Source of the DNA: Candidatus Dormiibacterota bacterium | Lineage (GTDB): Bacteria > Chloroflexota > Dormibacteria > Aeolococcales > Aeolococcaceae | NCBI GenBank assembly: GCA_963718525.1 | Contig: OY970355.1 | Coordinates: forward strand, 2,656,001-2,720,000 | Length of the DNA stretch: 64,000 nucleotides | Direction of reading: 5' to 3' | Shown here: positions 26,725 to 36,504 of the stretch, in pieces | Layout: each line of letters begins with the position of its first letter | How positions within the stretch are numbered: the first letter of the stretch is position 1 | The notes under the pieces: generated by a model | What the model saw: only the letters and a program-made list of their open reading frames with translations | Told to the model about the DNA's origin: nothing | The model's database searches: none | Translations under genes and position numbers: made by a program

Positions 26725-27051
26725 ATGCCGTCCACTCCGGCCGAAATCTTCAGCGAGATCAATTCCCGCATTGCCGCCGATCCCGCCAAAACTGCTGGGA
26801 TGAACGCCGTCTACGCCTTCGAGCTGAACGGCGAGTCGCCCGGGCAGTATCACATCGCGCTCAAGGACGGCAGCGCCGACGTCGGTGAGGGTTCGCCGGA
26901 GAACCCCAACATCACGATCACGATGAAGTCAGAGGATTTCGTCGACCTCGCCACCGGCAAGCTCGACGGGACGATGGCGTTCATGAGCGGCAAGATCAAG
27001 ATCAAGGGCGACATGGGCCTCGCCATGAAGCTGCAATCGGTGCTCCGCTAG
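26725..27051 (+). CDS. SCP2 sterol/lipid-binding domain protein
   Basis: GKLDGTMAFMSGKIKIKGDMGLAMKL; AAGGAG RBS. Confidence 0.92.
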   Translation: MPSTPAEIFSEINSRIAADPAKTAGMNAVYAFELNGESPGQYHIALKDGSADVGEGSPENPNITITMKSEDFVDLATGKLDGTMAFMSGKIKIKGDMGLAMKLQSVLR

Positions 27052-27069
27052 GCGCCACCGGTAGCGCCG

Positions 27070-27387
27070 GTGTCCATCGATCTTCGGCCCGTGCGCTTCG
27101 ACTACGACGAGCAGCATCGGGCGCTGCTCATCGAGTGGTCGGACGGCGCCGCCCATCACATCCCCTTCGATGTGCTCCGCCGAGCCTGCCCGTGCGCAGC
27201 GTGCAAAGGCGAGCCTGGATATCGCGGCCGGTTCAGTTCGGACCCGCTGCTCCGCCCCGGTGAGGACGAGCTCGCGGATATCTCGTTGGTTGGGGCGTAC
27301 GGCCTGAACACGGTCTGGGCCGACGGCCACAACACCGGGATCTACACGTACCAGCGGCTCCGCGAGCTCGGCGCCGCATCAGCGTAG
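27070..27387 (+). CDS. DUF971 / GBBH-like N-terminal domain protein
   Basis: IEWSDG, LRRACPCAAC, VGAYGL...WADGHNTGIY. Confidence 0.9.
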   Translation: MSIDLRPVRFDYDEQHRALLIEWSDGAAHHIPFDVLRRACPCAACKGEPGYRGRFSSDPLLRPGEDELADISLVGAYGLNTVWADGHNTGIYTYQRLRELGAASA

Positions 27388-27399
27388 AGTTCGGCGCGA

Positions 27400-28200
27400 A
27401 TGACCGCTGAGGCGACCCCGGCGACCGCTCCCCAACTTCTCCAGTCCGTCATCGACGGCGTCCTCACGCTCACGCTCAACCGGCCCGAGGTGCTCAATGC
27501 GATCACCCCGGCACTGCTCGATGCGGTCACAGTCGCTCTTCGCGACGCGGCAGCGGGCCGAAGCGTCGGGGCCGTGATCATCACCGGTTCCGGGAGGGGC
27601 TTCTGCAGTGGTCAGGACCTTCGTGCGGCGGCGAGCGACCAGGGCCTCGACGTGGGCGCGGTGCTGCGTGATCACTATGCGCCGGCGATCCGTGCAATTC
27701 GGGCGATGGACCAGCCGGTGATCGCCGCCGTCAACGGCGTTGCGGCAGGTGCAGGCTTCTCGCTCGCCCTCGCGTGCGACATGCGCGTCGCCGCCGAGTT
27801 GGCGACGTTCGTTCAGGCATTCGTGCGCATCGGGCTCATCCCCGACCTCGCGAGCACGTACTTTCTGCCGAGGCTCATCGGCCCGGCGCGCGCTGCCGAG
27901 CTCACCATGCTCGGCGAAACGGTGGATGCCGCACGAGCGCTGGAGCTGGGCATCGTCAACCGGGTCGTCCCCGACTCAGAGCTTGCATCGGTCGCCGCCG
28001 AGCTCGGCAGCCGGCTTGCGAACGGACCTCGCTCGATTGGGCTCACCAAACGCGCGCTCGAGCTGTCGCATGAGAACGATCTGGAGGCGCAGCTGGCCGT
28101 CGAGGAGCGCCTCCAGATCGAGGCCACGACCACCGGCGATTTCGCCGAAGGGCTCCGCGCCTTCCTCGAAAAGCGTCCAGCCACGTTCACCGGCTCGTAG
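27400..28200 (+). CDS. Enoyl-CoA hydratase/isomerase (PaaG-like)
   Basis: LNRPEVLNA, FCSGQDL, NGVAAGAG, IGLIPD, AFLEKR. Confidence 0.9.
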   Translation: MTAEATPATAPQLLQSVIDGVLTLTLNRPEVLNAITPALLDAVTVALRDAAAGRSVGAVIITGSGRGFCSGQDLRAAASDQGLDVGAVLRDHYAPAIRAIRAMDQPVIAAVNGVAAGAGFSLALACDMRVAAELATFVQAFVRIGLIPDLASTYFLPRLIGPARAAELTMLGETVDAARALELGIVNRVVPDSELASVAAELGSRLANGPRSIGLTKRALELSHENDLEAQLAVEERLQIEATTTGDFAEGLRAFLEKRPATFTGS

Positions 28201-28210
28201 CAGCCTGCGC

Positions 28211-29614
28211 ATGCTCGGTGCCGTCGACAGGCTCACGGCGCTGCTCGGGCCCGCGAGGGTCCTGACCGGCGCCGACGTCAGTGAGGACGACTGGCATGAC
28301 GAGTCACTGGTGGCCCATTGGCATGCCCCGGACGTTGTGGTCCTCCCCCACTCCGCCGCTGAGGTGGCCGAGGTCATCATCATCGCGCGGGAGTACGCAA
28401 TGCCGGTCACTGCTCGCGGCTCCGGCACGGGGCTCGCCGGTGCCTGCGTCCCCCGTGCGGGCGGGATCCTCATCGCATTTCGTGAGATGAGCGCCATCGT
28501 CGAGATCGACGTCGACAACCAGGTTGCGGTCGTCCAGCCGGGTGCGAGCCTTCGCGAACTCGACGAGGTTGCGGCTCGGCACGGTCTGATCTACCCGGTC
28601 TACCCCGGTGAGAGCAGTGCCAGCCTGGGTGGTACCGTCGCGACCAACGCGGGCGGGATGCGCGCGGTCAAATATGGAGTGACGCGCCACCAAGTGCTTG
28701 GCCTCGAGGCGGTGCTCGGGACCGGCGAGGTCATCCGCACCGGTGGCAAGTTCGTCAAGGCGACGTCCGGGTACGACCTGACTCAGCTGATCGTCGGTTC
28801 CGAGGGAACGCTGGCGGTGGTCACTGAGGCGACCGTGCGTCTGTACCCGCGTCAGCCGCACGCGGCAACGATTCTGGCGCCGTTCACCTCGGTGGCGGAG
28901 ATCGCGAAGGCGGTCCCTCGCATCGTCCAGAGTGGCCTCGCGCCGATGATCCTCGAGTACATCGACACGATGTCGATGGCGGCGATCACCGCTGCACGTG
29001 GGCTGGACCTGGGGATCGGAGCGGCCATCAAAGACGCTGCGCTCGCGTACCTGGTCGTCGTCCTGGAATCGCGCGACCAGGGTCGGCTCGACGAGGATAT
29101 CGAGCGGCTCGGCGATCTGATCACGACACTCGGCGCGCTCGACGTCTTCGTGCTCCCGCCGCGCGCGGCATCGGACCTGATCGAGGCGCGCGAGCGTGCG
29201 TTCTTCGCCGCCAAGGCCGCCGGTGCCAACGAGATCATCGACACGGTCGTCCCCCGTGCGCAGATCCCCGAGTTTCTGGCACAGGTGTCCATAGTTGCGG
29301 AGGCGAGCGGGTCGATGGTGATTGGTTGCGGACATGCGGGCGACGGCAACGTGCACCTGTCTGTGTTTCAGTCCGACCCCGAACGCCTCGAGCAGATGCT
29401 GCGCAGCGTCTTCGCCGCGGGCGCCGCACTGGGCGGCGCCGTCTCGGGCGAGCATGGCATCGGCACCGACAAACGCAGTCACTTCCTGGCTCTCGAGGAT
29501 CAGGCGAAGCTCGCGCTCATGCGGCGGATCAAAATGGCGTTCGATCCCGATGGAATCCTCAATCCTGGAGCCATGTTCGAGCCGCCATCGGCGTTGACGG
29601 CGAGCGCCCGATGA
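28211..29614 (+). CDS. FAD-linked oxidase (GlcD/D-lactate dehydrogenase family)
   Basis: ARGSGTGLAG, ATNAGG, GSEGTL, GHAGDGNVH, SGEHGIG, DPDGILNPG. Confidence 0.9.
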   Translation: MLGAVDRLTALLGPARVLTGADVSEDDWHDESLVAHWHAPDVVVLPHSAAEVAEVIIIAREYAMPVTARGSGTGLAGACVPRAGGILIAFREMSAIVEIDVDNQVAVVQPGASLRELDEVAARHGLIYPVYPGESSASLGGTVATNAGGMRAVKYGVTRHQVLGLEAVLGTGEVIRTGGKFVKATSGYDLTQLIVGSEGTLAVVTEATVRLYPRQPHAATILAPFTSVAEIAKAVPRIVQSGLAPMILEYIDTMSMAAITAARGLDLGIGAAIKDAALAYLVVVLESRDQGRLDEDIERLGDLITTLGALDVFVLPPRAASDLIEARERAFFAAKAAGANEIIDTVVPRAQIPEFLAQVSIVAEASGSMVIGCGHAGDGNVHLSVFQSDPERLEQMLRSVFAAGAALGGAVSGEHGIGTDKRSHFLALEDQAKLALMRRIKMAFDPDGILNPGAMFEPPSALTASAR

Positions 29615-31164
29615 TCGGCGGCGAGGCGGTGCTCCGCACGCTCGTCGCGTCGGGCGTGGACGTTGTGTTCGCCAACCCCGGTACGTCGGAGATGCACTTT
29701 GTCGCGAGCCTCGACGCGGTGCCGGAGATGCATGGAGTGCTCGCCCTCTTCGAGGGAGCCGCCACCGGCGCCGCCGACGGGTACGCACGCATGCGCGACA
29801 CGCCTGCTGCCGCCCTCCTGCACCTCGGCCCCGGCCTTGGTAACGGCCTCGCCAACCTTCACAACGCACGTCGCGCGCGCTCGCCTGTCGTGGTGATCGT
29901 CGGTGATCATGCGACGTACCACAAGCCGTACGACGCCCCGCTCGAGTCCGACATCGACACCGTGGCGAGGAACGTGTCGACGTGGATTCGGCGGAGCACG
30001 CGTCCGGAGGATGCCGGCGCCGACGCGGCTGCCGCGGTTGCCGCTGCGTTCGGCCCGCCAGGGCAGGTGACGACGCTGATCCTCCCGGCGGACGTCTCAT
30101 GGTCGGACGGCGGATCGGTGGCGGCGCCGTTGGAGCGGGCTGCCCGCGCGCCGGTGCGGGCGTCGGTCCTCGAGGAGGCTGTCGCGGCGCTGCGCTCCGG
30201 CGACGGTGTTGCCTTGCTGCTCGGCGGGAGCGCGCTTCGCGACGCGGGGGTCCGCGCCGCGACGCGGATCGGGAACGCCGCCGGGGCCAGCGTGCTTGCG
30301 GAGACATTCCCGGCACGTGTCGAGCGCGGCGCCGGGGTTCCGGTCATCCCGCGCCTCGCGTACCTGGCCGAGATGGCCGCGGGGCAGCTCGAGGGGTTTC
30401 GCCACCTGATCCTCGTGGACACCAAGTCACCGGTGTCGTTCTTCGCGTACCCGGGAAAGCCGAGCGACCTCGTGCCGGAGGGCTGCAACGTCCTGGTGCT
30501 CGCTGCAGGCGGCGACGATGCCGTGGGGGCGCTGGAGTTGCTCGCGACTGAGCTCCGCGCCGAGCCTGATCTCGCGGTGCGCGACGCGCCGCGACCCGAG
30601 AAACCCACCGGCGAGCTGAGCGCCAACTCGATCGCCCGAGCCATCGGCGCGTTGCTTCCGGAGGCCGCGATCGTCTCCGACGAGGCCAACACCAGCGGCA
30701 CCTTCCTTCCCAGCTACACCGCGGGCGCTCGTCGTCATGACTGGCTCACCCTCACGGGCGGATCGATCGGCCAGGGTCTGCCGGTTGCGCTCGGCGCCGC
30801 TGTTGCGTGTCCCGATCGACCCGTGCTCGCCCTCGAGGCGGACGGCTCGGCGCTCTATACGCTGCAGGCACTCTGGTCGATGGCTCGAGAGGAGCTCGAT
30901 GTCACCACGGTGATCTTCACCAACCGCCGGTACGCGATCCTGCGCATGGAGCTCGCTCGCGTCGGTGCCACTGCATCCGGTGCGCGCGCGCTCCAGATGC
31001 TCGACATCGCGCCCCCGGACATCGATTTCGTCGCGCTGGCCCGCGGCTTTGGGGTGCCTGCCACCCGGCCGGAGACTGCCGATGGATTCGCCGCGGACCT
31101 TGAGCGCGCGTTCGCCGAACCCGGTCCGCACCTCATCGAGGCAGTGATCCCCTCACTGTTCTGA
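29611..31164 (+). CDS. Thiamine-diphosphate enzyme (acetolactate synthase large subunit-like)
   Basis: FANPGTSEM, GAADGYAR, HLGPGLGN, EADGS...N TPP motif; ATGA overlap. Confidence 0.9.
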   Translation: MIGGEAVLRTLVASGVDVVFANPGTSEMHFVASLDAVPEMHGVLALFEGAATGAADGYARMRDTPAAALLHLGPGLGNGLANLHNARRARSPVVVIVGDHATYHKPYDAPLESDIDTVARNVSTWIRRSTRPEDAGADAAAAVAAAFGPPGQVTTLILPADVSWSDGGSVAAPLERAARAPVRASVLEEAVAALRSGDGVALLLGGSALRDAGVRAATRIGNAAGASVLAETFPARVERGAGVPVIPRLAYLAEMAAGQLEGFRHLILVDTKSPVSFFAYPGKPSDLVPEGCNVLVLAAGGDDAVGALELLATELRAEPDLAVRDAPRPEKPTGELSANSIARAIGALLPEAAIVSDEANTSGTFLPSYTAGARRHDWLTLTGGSIGQGLPVALGAAVACPDRPVLALEADGSALYTLQALWSMAREELDVTTVIFTNRRYAILRMELARVGATASGARALQMLDIAPPDIDFVALARGFGVPATRPETADGFAADLERAFAEPGPHLIEAVIPSLF

Positions 31165-31779
31165 TCAGCGAGGCAGTCGCTCGCCCGCTCGGATCGGCAC
31201 CGTGAGCCAGTTCTCACGCGGCGGCAAAGGACAGCTCCACTGGGGGTCATAGCTGCACGACGGTTGATACGAGAAGTTGAAATCGACGACGACACGACCG
31301 GTGCCGTCGGTGCCCAGGTCCGCTCCTTTCGCGGTGTCGAGGACGTACCGGCCGGCTCCATAGGTCTCGTCTCCCGATGTTGCGTCGCGAAACGAGAGGA
31401 AGAATCCGCCCGCGTAGTCGAGCAGCCAGAACATCGACAGGCTGATCGGCGTCCCGCCCAGCGAGAAACGCGCAGTGCCTGCACGTTCTGCCGTGACATG
31501 CCCCGACGTCGATCCCGGGAGTTCAAAGGTGGCGCCGTCGCCCGCATCGACGTCAGCGGCTGTGCGCAGTGCCGGGTCGTAGTCGAAGTACGCGGGCGCC
31601 GTGGCGTCGCCGCGCTCGATCGTCGGCACCGGGCTTTGCGGATGCGATCGGTAGAGCCGGTCGCGGACCTCGCGCCAGCGCATCCAGGCCGAGATGGGAT
31701 CGACGTCGGCGCGGATCGCCGCGTAGAGCTCGCTCATCTGCCGGCGCCAGTCGGCCAGCTCGAGCCGTTCGGCAATCAC
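31165..31779 (-). CDS. DUF1684 domain protein
   Basis: HPQSP, FRDATSGDETYGAGRY, DFNFSYQPSCSY...CPLPPREN. Confidence 0.9.
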   Translation of the reverse strand: MIAERLELADWRRQMSELYAAIRADVDPISAWMRWREVRDRLYRSHPQSPVPTIERGDATAPAYFDYDPALRTAADVDAGDGATFELPGSTSGHVTAERAGTARFSLGGTPISLSMFWLLDYAGGFFLSFRDATSGDETYGAGRYVLDTAKGADLGTDGTGRVVVDFNFSYQPSCSYDPQWSCPLPPRENWLTVPIRAGERLPR

Positions 31780-31829
31780 GTCTGTCCACCTGCGAGGTCG
31801 TCAGCCAAGGCGGCGAATGTACCTCGCGA

Positions 31830-32696
31830 TCATGGGCCGTCGCCGTAGACGACTCCTCCGCGAAGCTCGTCCATGCGGCGCATCCGCACATGAGCGGTTT
31901 CGCCAAGCTTGGTGAGCACGCCGGCGATCAACGCCTCGGTGAGCGCGACCGCCGAGACCAGTGAATCGAACGGCGTCACCGTCGTCTGGACTCCGGTGAC
32001 GAGCACGAACCGCGAGGAGGCAGCTGCCGGCGACAACCAGGGATCCGTGACGAGCACCACCGTGCTTCCCTTCGCCGCCGCGACCTTTGCGCTGTTGATG
32101 GTGTCGCTCTGGTAGCGGCGGTAGTCGAACACGACCAGGACGTCTCGACGTCCGAGGTCGACCAGGTGATCCGCGGGGTTGGACCGCTCCGGGTCGATCA
32201 GCTCCACGCCCGCCCGGATGAGGTGCAGCTGACTCGCAAGGTACCGGGCAACGAAGGCGCTCACCCGGCCGCCGAGCGCCAGGACACGCCGGCGCGGATC
32301 CGCCAGCAGCTCGACGACCGCGTCGAAGTCGTGCTCCGAGACCATGTCCACGCTCGTCCGCAGGGTGTGCTCATAGGTCGAGAACGCTTCGTGGAGCATC
32401 GATCCGGTCGAATCCGCGGGTCGGGTCAGCTCGTAGCGGGTCAGTGGCGAGCTCAAGCGCTCCTGCAATTCCTGGCGAAGGGAATCCTGGAACTCCGGGT
32501 AGCCACGCAACCCCAGCTTGGTGATGAATCGCGTCACGGTTGCCGGGCTCACCCCGGCGCGTTCGGCGAATCGGGTCAGGCTCTCCAGCCCGGCAACCGG
32601 GTAGAACGCAAGCAGGACCTGTCCGAGCCGACGCTCCGACGCACTCAGCGCGCCCATCCGTTGGCGGACCAGCTCGCCGACCAGGAACTCCGGCAT
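31830..32696 (-). CDS. RpiR/MurR family transcriptional regulator
   Basis: LSASER, VSPATVTRFITKLGLRGYPEF, SIS domain TDPWLSP. Confidence 0.9.
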   Translation of the reverse strand: MPEFLVGELVRQRMGALSASERRLGQVLLAFYPVAGLESLTRFAERAGVSPATVTRFITKLGLRGYPEFQDSLRQELQERLSSPLTRYELTRPADSTGSMLHEAFSTYEHTLRTSVDMVSEHDFDAVVELLADPRRRVLALGGRVSAFVARYLASQLHLIRAGVELIDPERSNPADHLVDLGRRDVLVVFDYRRYQSDTINSAKVAAAKGSTVVLVTDPWLSPAAASSRFVLVTGVQTTVTPFDSLVSAVALTEALIAGVLTKLGETAHVRMRRMDELRGGVVYGDGP

Positions 32697-32776
32697 TGAA
32701 AAGATTCTTACAGTTTGGACCGGCCGGCGTTTGTTCGATAAATCTGTTGACGCTGGCACTGACCCGCTGCTACTGT
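32697..32776. promoter_or_regulatory. Divergent promoter region with candidate RpiR operator
   Basis: TGAAA-N6-TTACA at 32697-32712; TTGACG (32747)-N18-TACTGT (32771) with TGn extension facing the permease. Confidence 0.5.
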
Positions 32777-32813
32777 GCGGCCACCACACCGGACCGCATG
32801 GGGAGATGAGCCG

Positions 32814-34361
32814 ATGACCCAGGTTATTGACAGCGATACCGAGACGCTCCACAGGCTCGGGTACGCTCAGGAACTCCTCAGGAAGATGGGGGGCTTCTCC
32901 AATTTCGCCGTCTCATTCACGATCATCTCGATCCTGTCCGGCTGTCTCACTGCCTACGGCACAGCGATGTTCAACGGCGGGCCGGTCGACATGAATATCG
33001 GCTGGCCGCTCGTCGGCATCATGGTGATCATCGTCGGTCTCGCGATGGCCGAGGTCTGCTCCAGCTACCCGACGGCCGGCGGTCTCTACTACTGGTCCGC
33101 GAAGCTCGGTGGCAAGAATGGACCCGCCTGGAGCTGGTTCACCGGGTGGTTCAACCTGCTCGGCCAGGTGGCGATCACTGCCGGTATCGACGGCGGCCTG
33201 GCGCTCTTCGCCTCAGCCTTCATGAACAACTGGTTCGGATATCCACTCGACGCCCCCCATATCCTCCTGATCTACGCAATCGCGCTCTTCCTCCACGGGC
33301 TGCTCAACACGTTCGGAGTGCGTCTGGTCGCGCTGCTCAATGACATCTCGGTCTGGTGGCACATCGTGGGAGTCGTCTTCATCGTCGCCGTGCTGCTCAT
33401 CGTGCCGAAGCACCATCAGTCCGTCTCATTCATCTTCACGAGCTTCCAGAATGGGAGCGGGGCATCGTTCCCAGGTTCGGTCGTCTATGTGTTCCTGATC
33501 GGTCTCCTCCTGGCGCAATACACGTTCACGGGCTATGACGCCTCAGCGCACATGACCGAAGAGACAAAAAATGCGGCGATCGCTGGCCCACGGGGCATCG
33601 TCCTGTCAATCGTCGTCTCGCTATTCGCCGGCTGGATATTGCTCATCGGTGTGACATCGGCGATTCAGAACTACGCGGTCGAGTCGTCGAACGCCGTGCC
33701 CGCGGCCAAGATATTCATCGACGCCGCAGGTGGTGGCCTCGGGCAGCTCCTACTCTTGATCGCCATCGGCGCCCAGTTCTACTGCGGCATGTCATCCGTG
33801 ACGGCCAACTCTCGGATGATCTACGCATTCTCGCGTGATGGCGCCGTGCCCGGCCACCAACTCTGGAGCAAGATCAACAAGCGGACGCGTACTCCAACCA
33901 ACTCGATCTGGCTTGCTGCTGTCCTGGCGTTCATCCTGTGGCTCCCTTACCTCTACAACCCCAATGCCTACTTCGCCGTAATCTCCATTGCGGTTATTGG
34001 TCTCTACATCGCGTACGGCATTCCGATCCTGCTCCGGTTGCGCGCGGGCAGCAACTTCCAGCCAGGCCCGTGGAACCTGGGCAAGTGGAGCCGCGTCATC
34101 GGCATCGTGGCTGTGGTGTGGATCGTCATCATCAGCATCCTGTTCGTGTTGCCGATCACCTTCCCGGTGACACTCGGCAACTTCAACTACACGATCGTTG
34201 CCGTCGGGGTTGTCGCGATCGGCACAACACTCTGGTGGCTGCTTTCCGCGAGGAAGTGGTTCAAGGGCCCGCAGATCATGGGCACGGCCGAGGAACTCGC
34301 ATTGATCGAGGCAGGGTTCACCCCCGCTGTTGCGCCGGTGCCGGCGGTTTCGGCAGGCTGA
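32814..34361 (+). CDS. Amino acid/amine permease (APC, GabP-like)
   Basis: LHRLGYAQEL, AGGLYYW, TGYDASAHMTEET, AFSRDG. Confidence 0.9.
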   Translation: MTQVIDSDTETLHRLGYAQELLRKMGGFSNFAVSFTIISILSGCLTAYGTAMFNGGPVDMNIGWPLVGIMVIIVGLAMAEVCSSYPTAGGLYYWSAKLGGKNGPAWSWFTGWFNLLGQVAITAGIDGGLALFASAFMNNWFGYPLDAPHILLIYAIALFLHGLLNTFGVRLVALLNDISVWWHIVGVVFIVAVLLIVPKHHQSVSFIFTSFQNGSGASFPGSVVYVFLIGLLLAQYTFTGYDASAHMTEETKNAAIAGPRGIVLSIVVSLFAGWILLIGVTSAIQNYAVESSNAVPAAKIFIDAAGGGLGQLLLLIAIGAQFYCGMSSVTANSRMIYAFSRDGAVPGHQLWSKINKRTRTPTNSIWLAAVLAFILWLPYLYNPNAYFAVISIAVIGLYIAYGIPILLRLRAGSNFQPGPWNLGKWSRVIGIVAVVWIVIISILFVLPITFPVTLGNFNYTIVAVGVVAIGTTLWWLLSARKWFKGPQIMGTAEELALIEAGFTPAVAPVPAVSAG

Positions 34362-34384
34362 TAGGCTCACAACTCAGTTCATCA

Positions 34385-34418
34385 CGCGTGCTCGCGGCCA
34401 CGGCGCCGCGAGCACGCG
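34385..34418. repeat. Perfect 14-bp inverted repeat (intra-operon stem-loop)
   Basis: CGCGTGCTCGCGGC-cacggc-GCCGCGAGCACGCG, ending just before the AAGGA RBS of the next gene. Confidence 0.7.
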
Positions 34419-34431
34419 AAGGATCCACAAC

Positions 34432-35166
34432 ATGCCCAAGCCCAGGATCGGTGTGACGTGCAGCCCACTGCGCGGACCCGCCTACTACGCGCCCTACCTT
34501 CGCGCGGTGGAGGCCGCCGGCGGTGAGCCGGTCACGCTCGACCCGAGACCGAACGGCCTTGCCTCGGGTGAGGCGACATCGATGCTCCACGGTATCGACG
34601 GCCTCCTCGTTCCCGGTGGCTGGGATGTCGATCCGCCCGCGTATGGCGAGGACCGGCAGGAGGAAACCCCCAATGTCGATACGCCGCTGGACCTCACGGA
34701 GATCGCCCTGGTGCGTGCAGCCGTCGATCAGCGGGTCCCGGTCTTCGGGATCTGCCGCGGCCAGCAGGTGATCAACGTGGCGCTCGGCGGGTCGCTCCTT
34801 CAGCATATCGACGGTCACGACCACCATGGCCATCCCCGAGACCTCCTCGTGCATGCCATCGACGTCGTGCCGGGTTCTCAGCTGTCGAAGGTCACCGCGG
34901 GCGAGCGACTGATGGTCAACAGCCTCCACCACCAGTCGGTGAAGGACGTTGCGCCCGGGCTCCACGTGACGGCGCACAGCCCGGATGGTGTCGTCGAGGG
35001 CATCGAGTCACCGGACGGGATGATCGTGGCCGTGCAGTGTCACCCAGAAGAGTTGCTCGGCCAGCAGGGATGGGCGATGTCGCTCTTCCGCAGCTTCGTC
35101 GACCGCGTCGCGGGGCACAACCATAACGGCACGGTTGCGACCGACATCTCCAAGGAGGGCAGCTAA
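34432..35166 (+). CDS. Gamma-glutamyl hydrolase (PuuD/peptidase C26 family)
   Basis: DGLLVPGGWDVDP, FGICRG, VNSLHHQ, VQCHPE. Confidence 0.9.
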   Translation: MPKPRIGVTCSPLRGPAYYAPYLRAVEAAGGEPVTLDPRPNGLASGEATSMLHGIDGLLVPGGWDVDPPAYGEDRQEETPNVDTPLDLTEIALVRAAVDQRVPVFGICRGQQVINVALGGSLLQHIDGHDHHGHPRDLLVHAIDVVPGSQLSKVTAGERLMVNSLHHQSVKDVAPGLHVTAHSPDGVVEGIESPDGMIVAVQCHPEELLGQQGWAMSLFRSFVDRVAGHNHNGTVATDISKEGS

Positions 35167-35169
35167 CCG

Positions 35170-36504
35170 ATGCTTTCGCTCGAGGACCTCACCAACTCCG
35201 TGGACGCCGGCGATGTCGACACGGTGATCGTCGCCTTCACCGATATGCAGGGTCGCCTGATGGGCAAGCGCATGGAGGCGCATTTCTTTCTCGAGGAGAT
35301 GGAGCACGACAACCCGATCGAGGGGTGCAACTACCTGCTCGCCCTGGAGATGGAGATGGATCCGGTTCCCGGCTATGAAATCGCGAGTTGGGAGCGCGGC
35401 TACGGGGATTTCTCGATGGTCCCCGACTTCTCGACGATGCGACGGATCCCCTGGTTGGAGGGGACTGCGCTGGTCCTGTGCGACGTCGCATGGAACGATG
35501 GGGCGCCTGTCCGACCCTCACCGCGCCAGGTGCTCAAGGCGCAGGTGGAGCGCGCGCGTGCCCTCGGATACACGGCGATGTTCGGCTCCGAGCTCGAGTT
35601 CTTCCTCATCAAGGAGACGTACGCGCAGGCGCATGAGCAGCATTACCGCGGACTCACGCCCTCGGTTCCCTACATCCTCGACTACCACATCCTTGCGACC
35701 AGCTACGACGAGCCGTTCATCCGCTCGGTGCGCAACAACATGCAGGCGGCCGGTATGCGCGTCGAAACGTCCAAGGGCGAGGCGTGGCCGGGCCAGCAGG
35801 AGCTGAATTTCCGGTACAGCGACGCCGTTACCATGGCCGACAACCACGTCATCTACAAGAACGGCATCAAGGAGATGGCGCAGCAGAGCGGACGGTCCGT
35901 CACTTTCATGGCGAAGCCCGACCACACGTGGATCGGCAGCTCGTGCCACATCCACTCGAGTCTCTGGGAGGGCGACAACGCGCTGTTCGCCGGGGAATCG
36001 TCGCTGTTCAAGCGGTACCTCGCGGGCATGGTCGCCGGCGCGGGCGAGTTCGCGGTCTTTCTCGCTCCGAATGTCAACTCGTACAAGCGATATGCGGCCG
36101 GAAGCTGGGCGCCAACCACGCTGGCGTGGGGGTACGACAACCGGACATGCGGTTTCCGGGTCGTCGGCCACGGGAAGTCACTGCGCGTCGAGTGCCGCAT
36201 TCCCGGCGCCGATGCCAATCCGTACCTCGCCTTTGCTGCGTTGCTCGCTGCTGGACTGCACGGCATCGAGCAGCAGCTCGAGCTGGCGCCCGCGTTCACG
36301 GGCAACGCCTATGAATCCGATGTCAAGCGATTTCCGCACACCCTCAATGAGGCGATCGGCGCGCTCGAGCACGGCACGATCGCGCGCTCGGCGTTCGGTG
36401 ACGACGTCATCGACCATTACCTGAACTACGCACGCACCGAGCAGCAGCTCTTTGACAAGGTGGTCACCTGCTACGAGCGCGAACGGTTCTTCGAGCGCGG
36501 ATGA
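35170..36504 (+). CDS. Glutamine synthetase-like gamma-glutamylamide ligase (GlnA4/PuuA group)
   Basis: DMQGRLMGKR, SWERGYGDF, ELEFF, TFMAKP, GSSCHIH, WGYDNRT, ECRIPGADANPYL. Confidence 0.9.
   Translation: MLSLEDLTNSVDAGDVDTVIVAFTDMQGRLMGKRMEAHFFLEEMEHDNPIEGCNYLLALEMEMDPVPGYEIASWERGYGDFSMVPDFSTMRRIPWLEGTALVLCDVAWNDGAPVRPSPRQVLKAQVERARALGYTAMFGSELEFFLIKETYAQAHEQHYRGLTPSVPYILDYHILATSYDEPFIRSVRNNMQAAGMRVETSKGEAWPGQQELNFRYSDAVTMADNHVIYKNGIKEMAQQSGRSVTFMAKPDHTWIGSSCHIHSSLWEGDNALFAGESSLFKRYLAGMVAGAGEFAVFLAPNVNSYKRYAAGSWAPTTLAWGYDNRTCGFRVVGHGKSLRVECRIPGADANPYLAFAALLAAGLHGIEQQLELAPAFTGNAYESDVKRFPHTLNEAIGALEHGTIARSAFGDDVIDHYLNYARTEQQLFDKVVTCYERERFFERG

Noticed and set aside
24905-30316. Long shadow ORFs (24905-26560 +, 28304-30316 -) and similar ones across the window
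   Set aside because: Antisense or off-frame to clear genes; expected from stop-codon scarcity at high GC.
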